Origin: an uncultured virus (IMG/VR IMGVR_UViG_3300024261_000020) | Lineage: Duplodnaviria; Heunggongvirae; Uroviricota; Caudoviricetes | Virus record (IMG/VR): IMGVR_UViG_3300024261_000020 | Coordinates: 1 to 64,000 of that record | Reading direction: 5' to 3' (one strand) | DNA length: 64,000 bases | Part shown: positions 31,501 through 40,614 of the stretch, piece after piece | How the letters are laid out: each line of letters begins with the position of its first letter | How positions within the stretch are numbered: position 1 is the stretch's first letter | Translations under genes and position numbers: made by a program | Notes under the pieces: generated by a model | The model's database searches: none | What the model was told of the DNA's origin: nothing | Seen by the model: the letters and a program-made list of their open reading frames with translations, nothing else

Positions 31501-31596
31501 TACCGTATCTGCGTACTCTCCGTCTCTCATGCGAGAAAAGATTCTTTCAACCATTTGCTGATTTGCAAAAGTAACTTCATTAGCAATTTTGTGCAT
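25513..31596 (-). CDS. Very large (2027 aa) uncharacterised protein, probably late/virion
   Basis: Uninterrupted ORF; TACTAATG upstream; scattered Cys motifs; no recognisable catalytic motif. Confidence 0.7.
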   Translation of the reverse strand: MHKIANEVTFANQQMVERIFSRMRDGEYADTVATLSAIHDLMSQQADLSVIDATKEVIGDNNFVQGFARYITHYIGEGQFRGVPFESLSESLYAFRAPAAIPEGEQVPEAATTEPAEEEGLSKPDFAEDLERIKTQKYPEAERERVMMSFKNLGLHLKKLHEATEEGDVELYAEQIRGTIEFLDSLVKYAPLDKKDESDPDSKKKGPSKKRGSKVVKAGETNLSEEDVANRMDTRVRVQEIPATLSMETLGSHAIVRGIEIVSETGLTTETIRQTEESLVQVMNNAKKAFVHFEQLTSGMIERHRQTRTKGKGSDKADSKVSNSVLIDFNNLIYAIKGVDLFVKKAIRAAIMDPENSISGVELAGLRDKLLVPQFVADKAFFSETIVLGLSYLAVRDVGLLYAGIKTWGDFEGDTYSSVVEDYGKDLHGGRSLEDDTTEYIFKLMWSKFRRMLSATSTDQAVNDSDPMKNFISNVLFQKGFVAQNLRRDLRSSESSKVNIAKCPTCTRPIKWSGKPLKDLDLIQSRGAYLPMYSFVGKRLKDDGRKTSFIITERHLEEGGPYPAPDSSKIGNASQMNETKADGSLTNKAKLLKRTRSVIDSYEGSKTWSEILELLYSNEPAEHEEGLQRRAGALAHLGAVRLRHKRKGGAGVPVMTDISTIMYACPFQKEEAETGFSKSDIFSPKDEITKIKTELQYPDDPETQAAVGAIFDKIDELNLSFAEAVMNDPDIEALIRGELEEAFDQAYDLAGVVRGEDEAEEEGEVGPAFSPSGCGLKLSPYEDDPSKMTYGSNSNPNVLQYTWNPREFDETQEAAAQKSLSGGYKFSKTIFRCPARIVDPSSTDLIKYKNVAIPKSGPSGIGSGAYVPPTNASGYAAYDEIENGTFSYLVCGASTSLSAFDKTSGGEGSIYTILRNLLNVIKGSSATGESVTNSQKNAAKNIIDFLILEGIDYMDLIKALEVADAPEPELATTARLKKCRIKKIEKMLVTAARQLPSQFSEIEELVLVCPHGHRFSLKQSVGFSETHVSVRMSGANKGYAAAKELYALTGIESLEAAKRIGVIVRAVDEEELKTFEDIGSENHSVEELAFVIPDELGNPVRWKFSPRITDLIKKNAFSEYPGAGQEDIPSSIEYSKVKFGGQFLADLIKEGAGSGSEEEIAAGKQAAADYRRDEDAGSETLSRAIEGIDSKDLASNIEALARSLRGALKIVITWNNRAIEPEFFNKVVANSDFSIEGVPEEILSIDGLFYTEDDGLDSAALSAVLTAFAPRLKTYIVATNAFQGEDYVGSATALATAALVDAVVQVANDTEHDIEFDLDLDSDNTEFEFVYAKLASFFEDYRADFQKLIPYITHSDERYVAKAQEIASKTPVLSIFYTIASYRTEKKGQERTRLREAYGKKIFLVAYARYLANAIAVVYNECMAPGRCIPGAYIGYNIGVDLSTTDKVLALTSGDLRIIEDNPNLRGANHGIVLRNVVAAYNGIIARMSIARNMAISPIGLAEAKKELLRQSGTSGDPLAHAVFSSAFPMQTVDFGMENLTYGSGNIPNAFGIRAGKGRALPSELHESEEEGVEPAVLPPAMLPVTRRDGSPVLDRAGQQKVIPAYLHPDSGFDSSKFQIGMCMGKTGKSLTWPLDHASDFVGFPLPFNRDKTATVTRAADAAVYDFRFVIDIEGVPQDISFLFRRGRMTKEEDGERKNKYLPILRELYSKLDTFEDQRGDALEDAKNSEEEDAINNHFDDAIRETQSALKQIPLFIKAGKSYVRNKASLGSSEPKWISEAHPTALLVAPNEALNLIKNVERFAGMLSVAPNQELLERFVIQVYGLGVVRDIVQEAQNKYTDEIAEIRAEDIFDTHIDGNTSSGKKMLSHINSSLSKVYSEHLGQYYDLIPSGADGTGSNLVLLEASVPSFKENRRSESGFEVVPDEGLGTPPSIGKLASRMNKNNSISDFFGRGAEGDVGMTYLQKAQESMIEYVKGHASGELGSHTTEASLKTEYLKKIAKRRKSWERMMLTMGEADIEVDDLVG

Positions 31597-31632
31597 ATTA
31601 ATTCGCCTTATGTCAGAATAAAAATATTCAAT

Positions 31633-33027
31633 CTAACAACTATCATTAGTAGTAGTGTAATAGTCATCCCTGAGCTGGGAGGCTATCTCATTGATCCATG
31701 GTTTGATTTTATGAAAAGCATCTTCTTCGGATCTGGTCTTTGGAACAAAAGCTACACTGCCTAAGTCAAGAGACATAAAATCGCTTCTGCATTCATTAAC
31801 CAAATCGATGACCTTTACCTTATCAAACTCTTCAACATGCCGAAACTCATAACCGATAAGTCTGGACAGTACCATACCATATCTTACGTTATTAGAAGAA
31901 GAATCCAAGACTGTCCATAAAGGTTTCATCATTAAAGCTTTAAAATAGACTTGCTCATCTTCATACGAAACCCTGATGTTTGAAATACATTCATCAAAAA
32001 GAGGGGTTATATTTTGTCCACACGCGCGTATGTGTGCGTGCATGAGGCTCATTTTCTCATTTCCTAATCTCGGAATAGGCAGCATAACTCCGAAGGTTTT
32101 AGTTTTTGATTTCCTTCTTTTCTCTTTTGAAAAGCCCGCACCTATAACCTTCTTCTCGTCCGGAGTGAGCCTGCCCACCATAGGCTCTGCGAAGTCGAAA
32201 TCGCCATTGTTAAATAAGGAAGGAGCATCCGACAGGTCTCTTACCATATTATCAAAATCTAAAATGTTCCTTAGACGATGAGTCTTTCGAAAATAACTAT
32301 TCTGACCCATTCCGGAATCAAATTCTGACGGAAGCATTTCAAGAGAAACGTTATAGTTTTTGAAAAGGTTGGCAGGAACATTATCCATTATAGAATCCAA
32401 TCTATCAATCCACGACATAAGACTTTCCTTCGTTAACGAAGCTTCAATTTTAATTTTGGACAGTTCTTCTCTGAAGTATAGACCAAGGGAGTATAGGGTC
32501 GCTTGTCTTCTTGCTCTATCTTTAGAGATCATTATTGGTTCCAGCTTATTAAGCTCATCTAATGAAAGCGGCTCAAGTTCCTTCACAACGGTTTGTAACC
32601 TTTTTCTCCCCCGTCGCGCCATGTGCTTGCCGAGTTCATAAAAAAGCTCCTCATCCTGAACAAGATTAATCTCTTCAACCTTTCTACCTGTGAACTCGTT
32701 GGCAGCATCTTGAATGAAGTCAATTTTAATATTCAACCTTTCTGCCAATTCTTTCTTGGTAAGGCTTTTTGGCTTCTTCACTCCATAGGTTTTATAGAAA
32801 AGGCTACGAGAAGACCTATAAATAGAAATGGCCGCAGCAACATCCGCGACATCCTCAAACTCCCATTGATCCAATGGAAGAGAAACGAACTCTCTTTCTA
32901 TTTCGAGAATTCGTCTCTTGGAGGCTGAGATATCCTTAAGCCTTTCTAGGGTCTTTATATTGAACCTGGAAAGATCTTTTTCAGTATCTATGTACCTCAA
33001 GATGTCGTTGTCTGTTACTACGGCCAT
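31633..33027 (-). CDS. Hypothetical protein
   Basis: 464-aa ORF. Confidence 0.65.
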   Translation of the reverse strand: MAVVTDNDILRYIDTEKDLSRFNIKTLERLKDISASKRRILEIEREFVSLPLDQWEFEDVADVAAAISIYRSSRSLFYKTYGVKKPKSLTKKELAERLNIKIDFIQDAANEFTGRKVEEINLVQDEELFYELGKHMARRGRKRLQTVVKELEPLSLDELNKLEPIMISKDRARRQATLYSLGLYFREELSKIKIEASLTKESLMSWIDRLDSIMDNVPANLFKNYNVSLEMLPSEFDSGMGQNSYFRKTHRLRNILDFDNMVRDLSDAPSLFNNGDFDFAEPMVGRLTPDEKKVIGAGFSKEKRRKSKTKTFGVMLPIPRLGNEKMSLMHAHIRACGQNITPLFDECISNIRVSYEDEQVYFKALMMKPLWTVLDSSSNNVRYGMVLSRLIGYEFRHVEEFDKVKVIDLVNECRSDFMSLDLGSVAFVPKTRSEEDAFHKIKPWINEIASQLRDDYYTTTNDSC

Positions 33028-33033
33028 TCACTT

Positions 33034-33801
33034 TTATACCATATCTCCGAAGGCATCCATGAAGCACTCGTTCTCAGTAAGCTTCTTGAGTCGCATACTT
33101 GCGGCCCATCCCGTCAATCCTACAACTGCTGCTGCCTTTTTAATTGGGTAATCTTCGTAATAGATGAGCTTCATGATAGTGATAGTGTCTTCATCAATTT
33201 CACCCTCAAGACTTTCAAGCGCAAGCTGAAAATCCTTATCAGCAAACGATGGTCCAGTCTTTCCGTACAGTCCCTCTTCCTCTGCGACAGTATTCTCGAA
33301 CATCATAGATGGGTCTACAACACTATCTGGGGTACAGGCACTAAACAGAATCTCTTCCCTTACCTTTCTGATCTTACCGCCACCAACATTAGAACCCTTC
33401 TTCTCATATAGCGCAAAAGAATCATTGGACATTTTATTAACGCTTCTTAACTTAGAGATAAGCTTATTCTTAAGATGAGTCTGAAGGAATGAACTAAGCT
33501 TTGTTCCTCGTGCAGGGTTGTAAGAACAGACCCCCTGGATCGCCATAATGGTTAATTCTTGTTTGATATCCTCAAAGGTATATCCAGCAATATATGTCTT
33601 GGAAGACATCTTATTCAAGAGCGGCTCAATCTTCTTTAGCACGCTATCCAAACCAACACCGGTTTCGGTGTTCACATAGAACGTCTCGTCATATACTCTA
33701 ACTATGCCCTCGAAAGAAGCTTTCTTCCCTTCTTTAGCAACCTCTATTTCGTTCTCAATCTTATTCAGCTCTTCGTTCAATTCTTCTGTTAACTCGTCCA
33801 T
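33034..33801 (-). CDS. RNA polymerase sigma-70 family factor
   Basis: Region 2 EDIKQELTIMAIQGVCSYNPARGTKLSSFL and region 4 IMKLIYYEDYPIKKAAAVVGLT. Confidence 0.8.
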   Translation of the reverse strand: MDELTEELNEELNKIENEIEVAKEGKKASFEGIVRVYDETFYVNTETGVGLDSVLKKIEPLLNKMSSKTYIAGYTFEDIKQELTIMAIQGVCSYNPARGTKLSSFLQTHLKNKLISKLRSVNKMSNDSFALYEKKGSNVGGGKIRKVREEILFSACTPDSVVDPSMMFENTVAEEEGLYGKTGPSFADKDFQLALESLEGEIDEDTITIMKLIYYEDYPIKKAAAVVGLTGWAASMRLKKLTENECFMDAFGDMV

Positions 33802-33809
33802 TTATTCTC

Positions 33810-34586
33810 CTACTTGAAAATGTTGTCCCCTACCCAATTTTGGCCTGCTGTGTCTAACTCTAAGGATGGGCCTTGGCAAATTGATTGGTAATCGCACCAG
33901 TTGCAGAGGATGGTTGGTTTCTTTTCCCAATTCTCCCCAAGAGTGATATCGGTTCCGACTTTGGCAATCGTCTCCCGAGTCTTCTGAAGATCTCGCTCTG
34001 AGAACTCCCAGGTTTTCAATCTTGAGTTGTGCTTGAGTAAGCAATACGAACCTCTTATCCGTTCTACATCTGGGTAGAGTTCCTTCAATGCCAAGCCATA
34101 TAAGAGTAACTGAAAAGGCTTTAGGTATTTCGGGTTTTTGTTTGTTTTATAGTCAACTACATGGTAGTAGCCCGGCTCGATCACATCGGTCCTATCGATG
34201 AATCCTCTTAATAGGTTGCCGTCGAGCTTAAATTTGAAACTTCGCTCCACATCAACTACAGGTGGCAGCCCCTCTCTCTTAATCATGTCCAGGTAATTCT
34301 GAAGCACTTGCTTAAGTTCGGGAAAATCTGGCTTAAGAATCTGCGCATTGTAATTCTTAACTGCGGCCTTCAAAGAGTCTCTCATGAGATACTTGTACTT
34401 CTCAGGTTCCACAACGTTGTCCATTAAATACTTATGGAAATTTTCTAACGCTTCGTGAGCGCATTTACCAAACTCAAGGAAAGACCAGTCCTTTGCCTCA
34501 ATGTCTGGCTTAACGATGTATCTATAGTGATACTGCTTTGGGCATTTTTGAAAACACCCAATTGATGATGCTGATAACTTTAACAT
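33810..34586 (-). CDS. PD-(D/E)xK RecB/Cas4-like exonuclease
   Basis: LSASS..CP, GFIDR, VDYKT, QLLLY, CNWCDY..IC; start moved to ATG 34586. Confidence 0.85.
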   Translation of the reverse strand: MLKLSASSIGCFQKCPKQYHYRYIVKPDIEAKDWSFLEFGKCAHEALENFHKYLMDNVVEPEKYKYLMRDSLKAAVKNYNAQILKPDFPELKQVLQNYLDMIKREGLPPVVDVERSFKFKLDGNLLRGFIDRTDVIEPGYYHVVDYKTNKNPKYLKPFQLLLYGLALKELYPDVERIRGSYCLLKHNSRLKTWEFSERDLQKTRETIAKVGTDITLGENWEKKPTILCNWCDYQSICQGPSLELDTAGQNWVGDNIFK

Positions 34587-34594
34587 GTTTTTCC

Positions 34595-35479
34595 TCAATA
34601 AATCTTGGACATCGATCTGCTCTCAATCCACTTGAAAACAAATCCCGGTTTGGACTCGGCTTTTATACATTTTGGCTGAACCGATTGAACAGATTTAATC
34701 CACCTATTGTCTCGACTCTCTCTATAATAAAAAACCGCTTTCCCTGTTTTCGGATTGTACATCGCTCTAACAAAATTGCCAGAAACCAATGGACGCTCAA
34801 TGATGTGATCGTTGTAAAAACTACTCGATGGGTCAATCGTACCGTGTGGCCTATTAATGATTCTAACAGCTTGAGAATCTAAAAGAGCCTCAGTCGAACC
34901 ATCGATAACTATCACCTTTGCATTAGGGAAAAAATCGCTGTCATGAACCGAAGAGATATCAGGTATCTCCGTGCCACCACTCCTATCTGGAATGTTGATG
35001 AAATCATGAGTCGTTTCAGTACTCAAACTACCGCTGGCTAATGGCTCTCCAAGACTATTGGTAGTGCTTGTTATGATCATAAGATCTAAAAACTCTATAG
35101 TGGTTCTTTGAGACTCCTGACCATTAGTGTCCTCAGAGAGGTGATCAACAAAATTGTCATACTCTCCTGCCGGAAGAATAACGATACCTTCACCACTTAC
35201 ATTCCTCGTCCTCGCCAAAGCCGAAGAATCCGTTGAGTAATCCTCCTCAAGGATATCAGATTCCTCTGAACCAGAAATAGCCACAGCACTTAAAGTGAAT
35301 GCTTGACCATGAGTCGGAAGATATACCTTGCCAACCGCGATTAAATCCGCAGCATCTGGTCCGGTCCCGTCCACTGTATAGAAAACAGTGGCCGGTTCAT
35401 TGGTCTCAAACTCAACGTACTCTGGTACACCAGATATAATTGAGCTATCACTCTCTGTCATTGTAAGAAGTAAAGTCAT
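34595..35479 (-). CDS. Hypothetical structural protein with Fn3-associated/Ig-like N-terminus
   Basis: TVFYTVDGTGP motif; TACTAATA 32 nt upstream. Confidence 0.5.
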   Translation of the reverse strand: MTLLLTMTESDSSIISGVPEYVEFETNEPATVFYTVDGTGPDAADLIAVGKVYLPTHGQAFTLSAVAISGSEESDILEEDYSTDSSALARTRNVSGEGIVILPAGEYDNFVDHLSEDTNGQESQRTTIEFLDLMIITSTTNSLGEPLASGSLSTETTHDFINIPDRSGGTEIPDISSVHDSDFFPNAKVIVIDGSTEALLDSQAVRIINRPHGTIDPSSSFYNDHIIERPLVSGNFVRAMYNPKTGKAVFYYRESRDNRWIKSVQSVQPKCIKAESKPGFVFKWIESRSMSKIY

Positions 35480-35511
35480 TTTTTATTGATCCTCAACTAG
35501 GAAACGACTTT

Positions 35512-35519
35512 TATTAGTA
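35512..35519 (-). promoter_or_regulatory. Putative late promoter TACTAATA
   Basis: Intergenic, 32 nt upstream of ATG 35479. Confidence 0.55.
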
Positions 35520-35522
35520 GAT

Positions 35523-35741
35523 TTAGATGAAATCTCTGATATAGAGAAAATAAGCTTCAAACTCACCATCTTCATCTTCTGCGAAATATTCGCCACCCCA
35601 AGACGTTTCTTCTTTTCTGAAGTTCATAAGTGTCGAATCAATATCCATTCTGACATATCCCGTCTGATTCTCTTCAGAAACAAGAAGCACCTTATCTTGC
35701 TCCAACCCTTTCAACTCTTCTATTAGTTCTTTTACTGTCAT
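35523..35741 (-). CDS. Small hypothetical protein
   Basis: MTVKELIEELK start typical of small phage proteins; RBS GAGG. Confidence 0.55.
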   Translation of the reverse strand: MTVKELIEELKGLEQDKVLLVSEENQTGYVRMDIDSTLMNFRKEETSWGGEYFAEDEDGEFEAYFLYIRDFI

Positions 35742-35743
35742 AA

Positions 35744-37849
35744 TTACCTCGTAATAAAATTAACTGTACTTTCGCCACTTGATTTTGTCACATCGATAAT
35801 ACTATCAAATCGTTCCTTTAGTGTATCATCATGAGTAATTACCATGATTTTGTAACGATCCTCCAATGACTTAATGACATTGATGAATAGTGTCTCGATA
35901 CCATGCCTGTCAAGCGGTGAATTAATCTCATCAAGAAGGAGAAATTCTAATGCAGAGCCTCCATGTCTCGACGATATTTCGCTTAATGCGATACGGATGG
36001 CGAGGGATACGCGAAATTTTTCACCCCCGCTCAGCGACTTGAAGTGCTGGACCACGCCATCCTTTTTCACTCTGAGATCTAAAGTATCAACCATAGTAAC
36101 TCCATCAGAACCAACTCTCTGAGTTTCAATGATGATTTCAAAATGATCTGTACATATCGAGTTCAGAATCTTATTACAGGTGTTCTCAAGGTCTCGAATA
36201 ACGGCATTCAGAAGGATGGTCTGGATTCCGTTTTTGCCAAAGATTTTATAGAGTTTGGTCAAAACATCAATTCTATCTCTTTTGATCGAAAGCTCAACCT
36301 TTGACTCTTCCATCTCTTTAATCTTAACCTTGCAGGTAGCTACCTTTTCCTGATAAATGCCAACGCTCATGTTAACCTTAGCAAGAGAGGCATCCAGGGC
36401 CGTTTTGCGAATCCTTAGCTCCTCAATCTGCTTGCGCAGGTTGTTGAAGTCGTCGCTCCTTAACGATGCCAGGATGCGTTCGTTGGTTACAATTGATTCA
36501 CGATTTTTTTCAACGGAGCCGACAGCCTCTTCGTGCTGTTCGGAAATTGCAATAAGGTGCTCTTTAGCAATCTTTCCCTGCATCAATACGTTCTTGATAG
36601 TGTTGAGCAGAGAGTCCTTCTTTCTTTTGTCACGAAGGGACTTTTCATAAGTTTCTGAACGGACTGTTAACTCCCTCAGCTTATTGTCTGCAAAAACCTT
36701 TTTGCGCCTATATAACGTGACCGCATCTTCATGCTCACTTACAAGGCGTGCGTGTACGTCTGCGTCCACGACGCTGCCACAAACGTGACATTCTCCATCA
36801 AGGATATGAGTATTTTTAAGATCAGAAAGCCTATCCCTTGCAGATGACGACTCAGCTTTATGAGTCGTTACTTCTTTTCTAAGCTCCTCAAGAAGCTTCT
36901 CTGCATTATCGACAAGGATGATGGAGTCAGCCTGCCGCTGAATATCAGACTCTCTTCTTTCAAGACCTGCAACTTCCTGTTCGAACTTCGCAACCTTTCT
37001 TGCGAGATCCTTTGCCTTAATATTTTTATCTGCAAGCTTCCTTTTAAGCCTATCGATATCTCCAGATACCTTATCCCATTGGTCAGTATCAAGGTTCTCT
37101 TTCATCTTGCTGTAAGCCTTAGCGAATTTATCAACCTTCTTCTCTACGTCAGAACGTTCCTTAGAATCTTGCTTAGCGGCAACTGCCGCTTCTTCATACA
37201 ATTCCTCATACTCAACAAGGTCCTCTACGAGCTTATCATAATCTTTACAAAGGGCCTCAAGGACTTTCGCCTCACCTTTTGCAACTCTAAGCTTTGACTT
37301 AGTCTCTACCTCATATTCGTCCCATTTTGAAATGTCGATAATCGACTTAAGGATTTCCTTTCTCCTTCCTGGGTCAGACTCTGCAAATTCCGAGATATCA
37401 TTCTGTCTAAAATAGGCCGAGTTGATGAAGGTTTTATAGTCGAATTTAATTCTCTTCATAATCTCTTCATTCGTGAGCTTAGAAGTAGAACGAGATATAT
37501 CCATCCATTCGCCACATTCATCTTGAATGTCGAAAGCAACAGTGGATGTCGAGGACACTCGGCTTCTAAGTCTACGAATCCTGTAAGTCTCCAGATCATG
37601 AGAGAATGTCATAGTGACCATGCACTCATTCTCTCCCCACATGATTATATCATTCATAGCTGCGGCTCTTGACTTATTAAAAAGGCACCACAGCAACCCT
37701 TCGAAGATGGCGCTTTTACCGCAACCATTCGATACGTCGTAATCTCCCTCTACGTTACCAATAAGAAGTGCAGAATTGAACTGTGTAAAGTCAATCTCGC
37801 TCTCCTTATGGGAGAAGAAGTTTTCAAGTTTCAGAAATAGTGGAGTCAT
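35744..37849 (-). CDS. sbcC: SbcC/Rad50-like SMC ATPase
   Basis: NGCGKS, Q-loop, zinc hook CHVC, LSGGE, LLLDE, ITH. Confidence 0.92.
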   Translation of the reverse strand: MTPLFLKLENFFSHKESEIDFTQFNSALLIGNVEGDYDVSNGCGKSAIFEGLLWCLFNKSRAAAMNDIIMWGENECMVTMTFSHDLETYRIRRLRSRVSSTSTVAFDIQDECGEWMDISRSTSKLTNEEIMKRIKFDYKTFINSAYFRQNDISEFAESDPGRRKEILKSIIDISKWDEYEVETKSKLRVAKGEAKVLEALCKDYDKLVEDLVEYEELYEEAAVAAKQDSKERSDVEKKVDKFAKAYSKMKENLDTDQWDKVSGDIDRLKRKLADKNIKAKDLARKVAKFEQEVAGLERRESDIQRQADSIILVDNAEKLLEELRKEVTTHKAESSSARDRLSDLKNTHILDGECHVCGSVVDADVHARLVSEHEDAVTLYRRKKVFADNKLRELTVRSETYEKSLRDKRKKDSLLNTIKNVLMQGKIAKEHLIAISEQHEEAVGSVEKNRESIVTNERILASLRSDDFNNLRKQIEELRIRKTALDASLAKVNMSVGIYQEKVATCKVKIKEMEESKVELSIKRDRIDVLTKLYKIFGKNGIQTILLNAVIRDLENTCNKILNSICTDHFEIIIETQRVGSDGVTMVDTLDLRVKKDGVVQHFKSLSGGEKFRVSLAIRIALSEISSRHGGSALEFLLLDEINSPLDRHGIETLFINVIKSLEDRYKIMVITHDDTLKERFDSIIDVTKSSGESTVNFITR

Positions 37850-39011
37850 TCGTTCCTACAATAAGTTTTGCCTCTTTGAGGAGCTTTGCTTTTAGCTCGT
37901 CATCGTATGGCTGGCTATCAATAAAAGCCTGAGTTCTTGACATATCGTCCTTATGCTCAAGGACAGCACTGTCTCTGACCATCCTATTAAAAATAGGCTC
38001 AAGCGTCACCTTCGAAACGAAGTAGGCACCAAGATCATAGAGCATATCTCTGATGTCTGTCCTCTTAATCGTCGGAAGAATCTTGCCCTGTAAGGCGATA
38101 TTGTATCTTACAATCTTATCCTTGAAATCTACTTTCGAAAATTCATCTTTCAGTGCTTTCCAGAAGTGCTCGGTGTCATACATTGACAGATCAGTAGTGC
38201 CATTGAGCAGTTCGCGAACAGGAGTTTTTATGAATTTCACTTTCTTCTTCGCAGTGTCGTACTCTACGAAATACTTCTTAACCTTTTCATCCCCGAAGTT
38301 CGACTTCTCCATCGAACCTGCATAGATTGCAATAGGCTTTATTTTCCTCAGAATCTTGAAACCATGATAGTGACCCATCGTCACCATGTCACAACCATCG
38401 AAAGCGTTAAAGCTTGGCAAAACTTCTAAACCGCCATAATCATTGTAGGAGTTCTCTTTGAAAAAATTATGACCAACGGCGATGATTGGACTATCTGGAT
38501 CACAAGCTGAAACCAGTTCCTTAACCTCTTGCTCATACAGCAATGAGTCTTCCTCCGTTGTGGATCCTTCGTACATTTTTCTATCTCTGTAAGGGATGAG
38601 CACAACCTGTAGGTGTTCTCCGCCCTTCTTTAACTCAAGAATCTCCGGCTCAAGTGCAATCTTAACGTTCGGATAATACACAGCAGCCATAGAAGAGATC
38701 GCACTTGTGAAAGTGTTACCACTTCTACGATAGTCGTGATTGCCCATGATTACAGCAACCGCTACGCCAGCTAAGGATAGGCGCCTGAGCGCATCATTAA
38801 AGATTGACATATGCTCTGGCGATGGATTTCTTGATTCAAATACATCACCAGTTTGTATGAACAAATCAATACCACTATCAATGCAGTAGTCTACAATATA
38901 ATTAAGTGTTGCCTTGTAGTCATCGACCCTTGTGTTTCCACCTTCGGGCTTAGAGCTACCTAATCCAAAAATAGCACCGATGTGAGTATCCCCCAGGATT
39001 GCTACTCTCAT
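37824..39011 (-). CDS. sbcD: SbcD/Mre11-like nuclease
   Basis: DTH, GDVF, GNHD, GHYH, YAGS...FGDE. Confidence 0.9.
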   Translation of the reverse strand: MRVAILGDTHIGAIFGLGSSKPEGGNTRVDDYKATLNYIVDYCIDSGIDLFIQTGDVFESRNPSPEHMSIFNDALRRLSLAGVAVAVIMGNHDYRRSGNTFTSAISSMAAVYYPNVKIALEPEILELKKGGEHLQVVLIPYRDRKMYEGSTTEEDSLLYEQEVKELVSACDPDSPIIAVGHNFFKENSYNDYGGLEVLPSFNAFDGCDMVTMGHYHGFKILRKIKPIAIYAGSMEKSNFGDEKVKKYFVEYDTAKKKVKFIKTPVRELLNGTTDLSMYDTEHFWKALKDEFSKVDFKDKIVRYNIALQGKILPTIKRTDIRDMLYDLGAYFVSKVTLEPIFNRMVRDSAVLEHKDDMSRTQAFIDSQPYDDELKAKLLKEAKLIVGTNDSTISET

Positions 39012-39544
39012 ATAGAATACCTCTTCTTAAATGTCTTTTTGAGTGAAATCAGAAGGGCTCTTGTTTTCGCCACATCAGTGGATTCTATGCCTTCCAAATA
39101 CTTATCTGTCTTCTTCATTATACCGCTTATCCACTTCAAATCCTTACTGTTTTTCAACATTTGGACTCTAAAAAACTCAGATATTTCCATCAATACAACG
39201 AAGTTCGAAGCTTTCCCAATGAAGGTGGTTTTTTCACCAGAGGGGATTGCCCTCTCTCTCAAAGTTCTGAAGGCTTCTCCGAATTCTATATTGTTTACCA
39301 GCATATAAAAATCAAGGACATTGGATGATGCGCCACATCCGTAGCAATAAAAGTTGTTATTGTTGCTATCGATGTATAAAGAGGCTGTCCTTTCGTTGCC
39401 ACCCTTGTGATCCTTTGCAGGACACTTACATCTCAGGTCAAAGTTTCCAGATACACAGTCTTCCATTGAGAGACCGGCCTCTTCTGCGAGCTTAACAATG
39501 CTAACAGTCTTTATGATGTCTTGTTTGCTCGCAAATTTCTTCAT
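39008..39544 (-). CDS. Stand-alone primase CHC2 zinc-binding domain protein
   Basis: CP..H..ERTAS..FYCYGCG..NVLDFYM..EFGEA; start ATG 39544 overlaps the FtsK stop. Confidence 0.8.
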   Translation of the reverse strand: MKKFASKQDIIKTVSIVKLAEEAGLSMEDCVSGNFDLRCKCPAKDHKGGNERTASLYIDSNNNNFYCYGCGASSNVLDFYMLVNNIEFGEAFRTLRERAIPSGEKTTFIGKASNFVVLMEISEFFRVQMLKNSKDLKWISGIMKKTDKYLEGIESTDVAKTRALLISLKKTFKKRYSI

Positions 39545-40599
39545 CCAAATAACCTTTTCCATACCGAAGGATTAATTTCTTTGTAGATATCTAAAGAAAC
39601 CTTTTTGGCTTCTGCCAAATTCCCGATATATGGACTTCTAAATAACATTGGGGTGGCGCGGCGATGATCCATATATAAACCAGTACCCACATCACGTAGC
39701 TTCTCTGCACCTTTCTTGTCAAGGATAATCATGCTATCCCTGTACGACGCCACCCTTAGGGCTATCCTACCCGAGAAATTAGCTTTGATCAATCCTGGGA
39801 TTACTTCTGATGATGGCCTCTGAGTAGCCAAGATAACTGAGATCCCAGCAGCCCTACCTTTCTGAGCGATGACACAGAGAGGCTTCTGAATCTTCTTATC
39901 CTGTAAGATGATATCGGCCCACTCATCTACAACTATGACCACAGGACGCATAGGCGTGCGTGCGTTCGAGTTATATGACATTACATCTCGATAACCTTTA
40001 TCTCTGAGGCGCTCGAACCTATTATTCATTATCTCCGTAACCGAATTAATAATGCCATAAACACCCTTAACACTATGCTCAATGCCCGAAACGGTTCTGA
40101 GATCCTCGTACATATTAAACTCTACCATCTTGGGATCTACCAAGTATAGTTTGGAGTTCTTCTCTATTAGAGACAGGATGATGGAGTGCAAAAGCATGCT
40201 CTTGCCTGCGCCTGGAGTGCCTCCTATTAAAAGGTTCGGCAGAGTCTGAAGGTCGATACCAAAAGGCATGCCACAATTATCTACACCCAAGGAGACAGGC
40301 GCGTAGCCTTCCCCTCTGATACTCCTAAGCTCCGCATATGGAGTGGACGCTAAAGATACCTTCTGCACCTCAATGCGATAAATGCCTCGTTCCATAACCG
40401 GATAACCGATTGGGCAAGCTTTGGCTTTTAATGTCATGCCGAGTTCCGGCAGGACTTTTTCTAACTTAGAATACTTCACTCCATCCATCAATCTGACTTC
40501 GTATTTGTCGATGAAGGGTGTCTCTTCTAATGTAATGTTATCAACTTTAATTTTGGCTAACTCAAGCAATTTTTCAAATTCAACAGCTTTAGAATTCAA
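39541..40599 (-). CDS. FtsK/SpoIIIE-family ATPase motor domain
   Basis: NLLIGGTPGAGKS, LVDPKMVEF, IVVDEWAD, KGRAAGI, ATQRPS. Confidence 0.88.
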   Translation of the reverse strand: MNSKAVEFEKLLELAKIKVDNITLEETPFIDKYEVRLMDGVKYSKLEKVLPELGMTLKAKACPIGYPVMERGIYRIEVQKVSLASTPYAELRSIRGEGYAPVSLGVDNCGMPFGIDLQTLPNLLIGGTPGAGKSMLLHSIILSLIEKNSKLYLVDPKMVEFNMYEDLRTVSGIEHSVKGVYGIINSVTEIMNNRFERLRDKGYRDVMSYNSNARTPMRPVVIVVDEWADIILQDKKIQKPLCVIAQKGRAAGISVILATQRPSSEVIPGLIKANFSGRIALRVASYRDSMIILDKKGAEKLRDVGTGLYMDHRRATPMLFRSPYIGNLAEAKKVSLDIYKEINPSVWKRLFG

Positions 40600-40614
40600 G
40601 AGTCTTCATCTCCT

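Noticed and set aside
25513..31596. Virion RNA polymerase or tape-measure protein
   Set aside because: No DxDGD motif, no single-subunit polymerase motifs and no periodic tape-measure repeats are visible
33810..34586. Cas4 as part of a CRISPR-Cas system
   Set aside because: No repeat-spacer array or other cas gene is visible; stand-alone PD-(D/E)xK nucleases are common in phages
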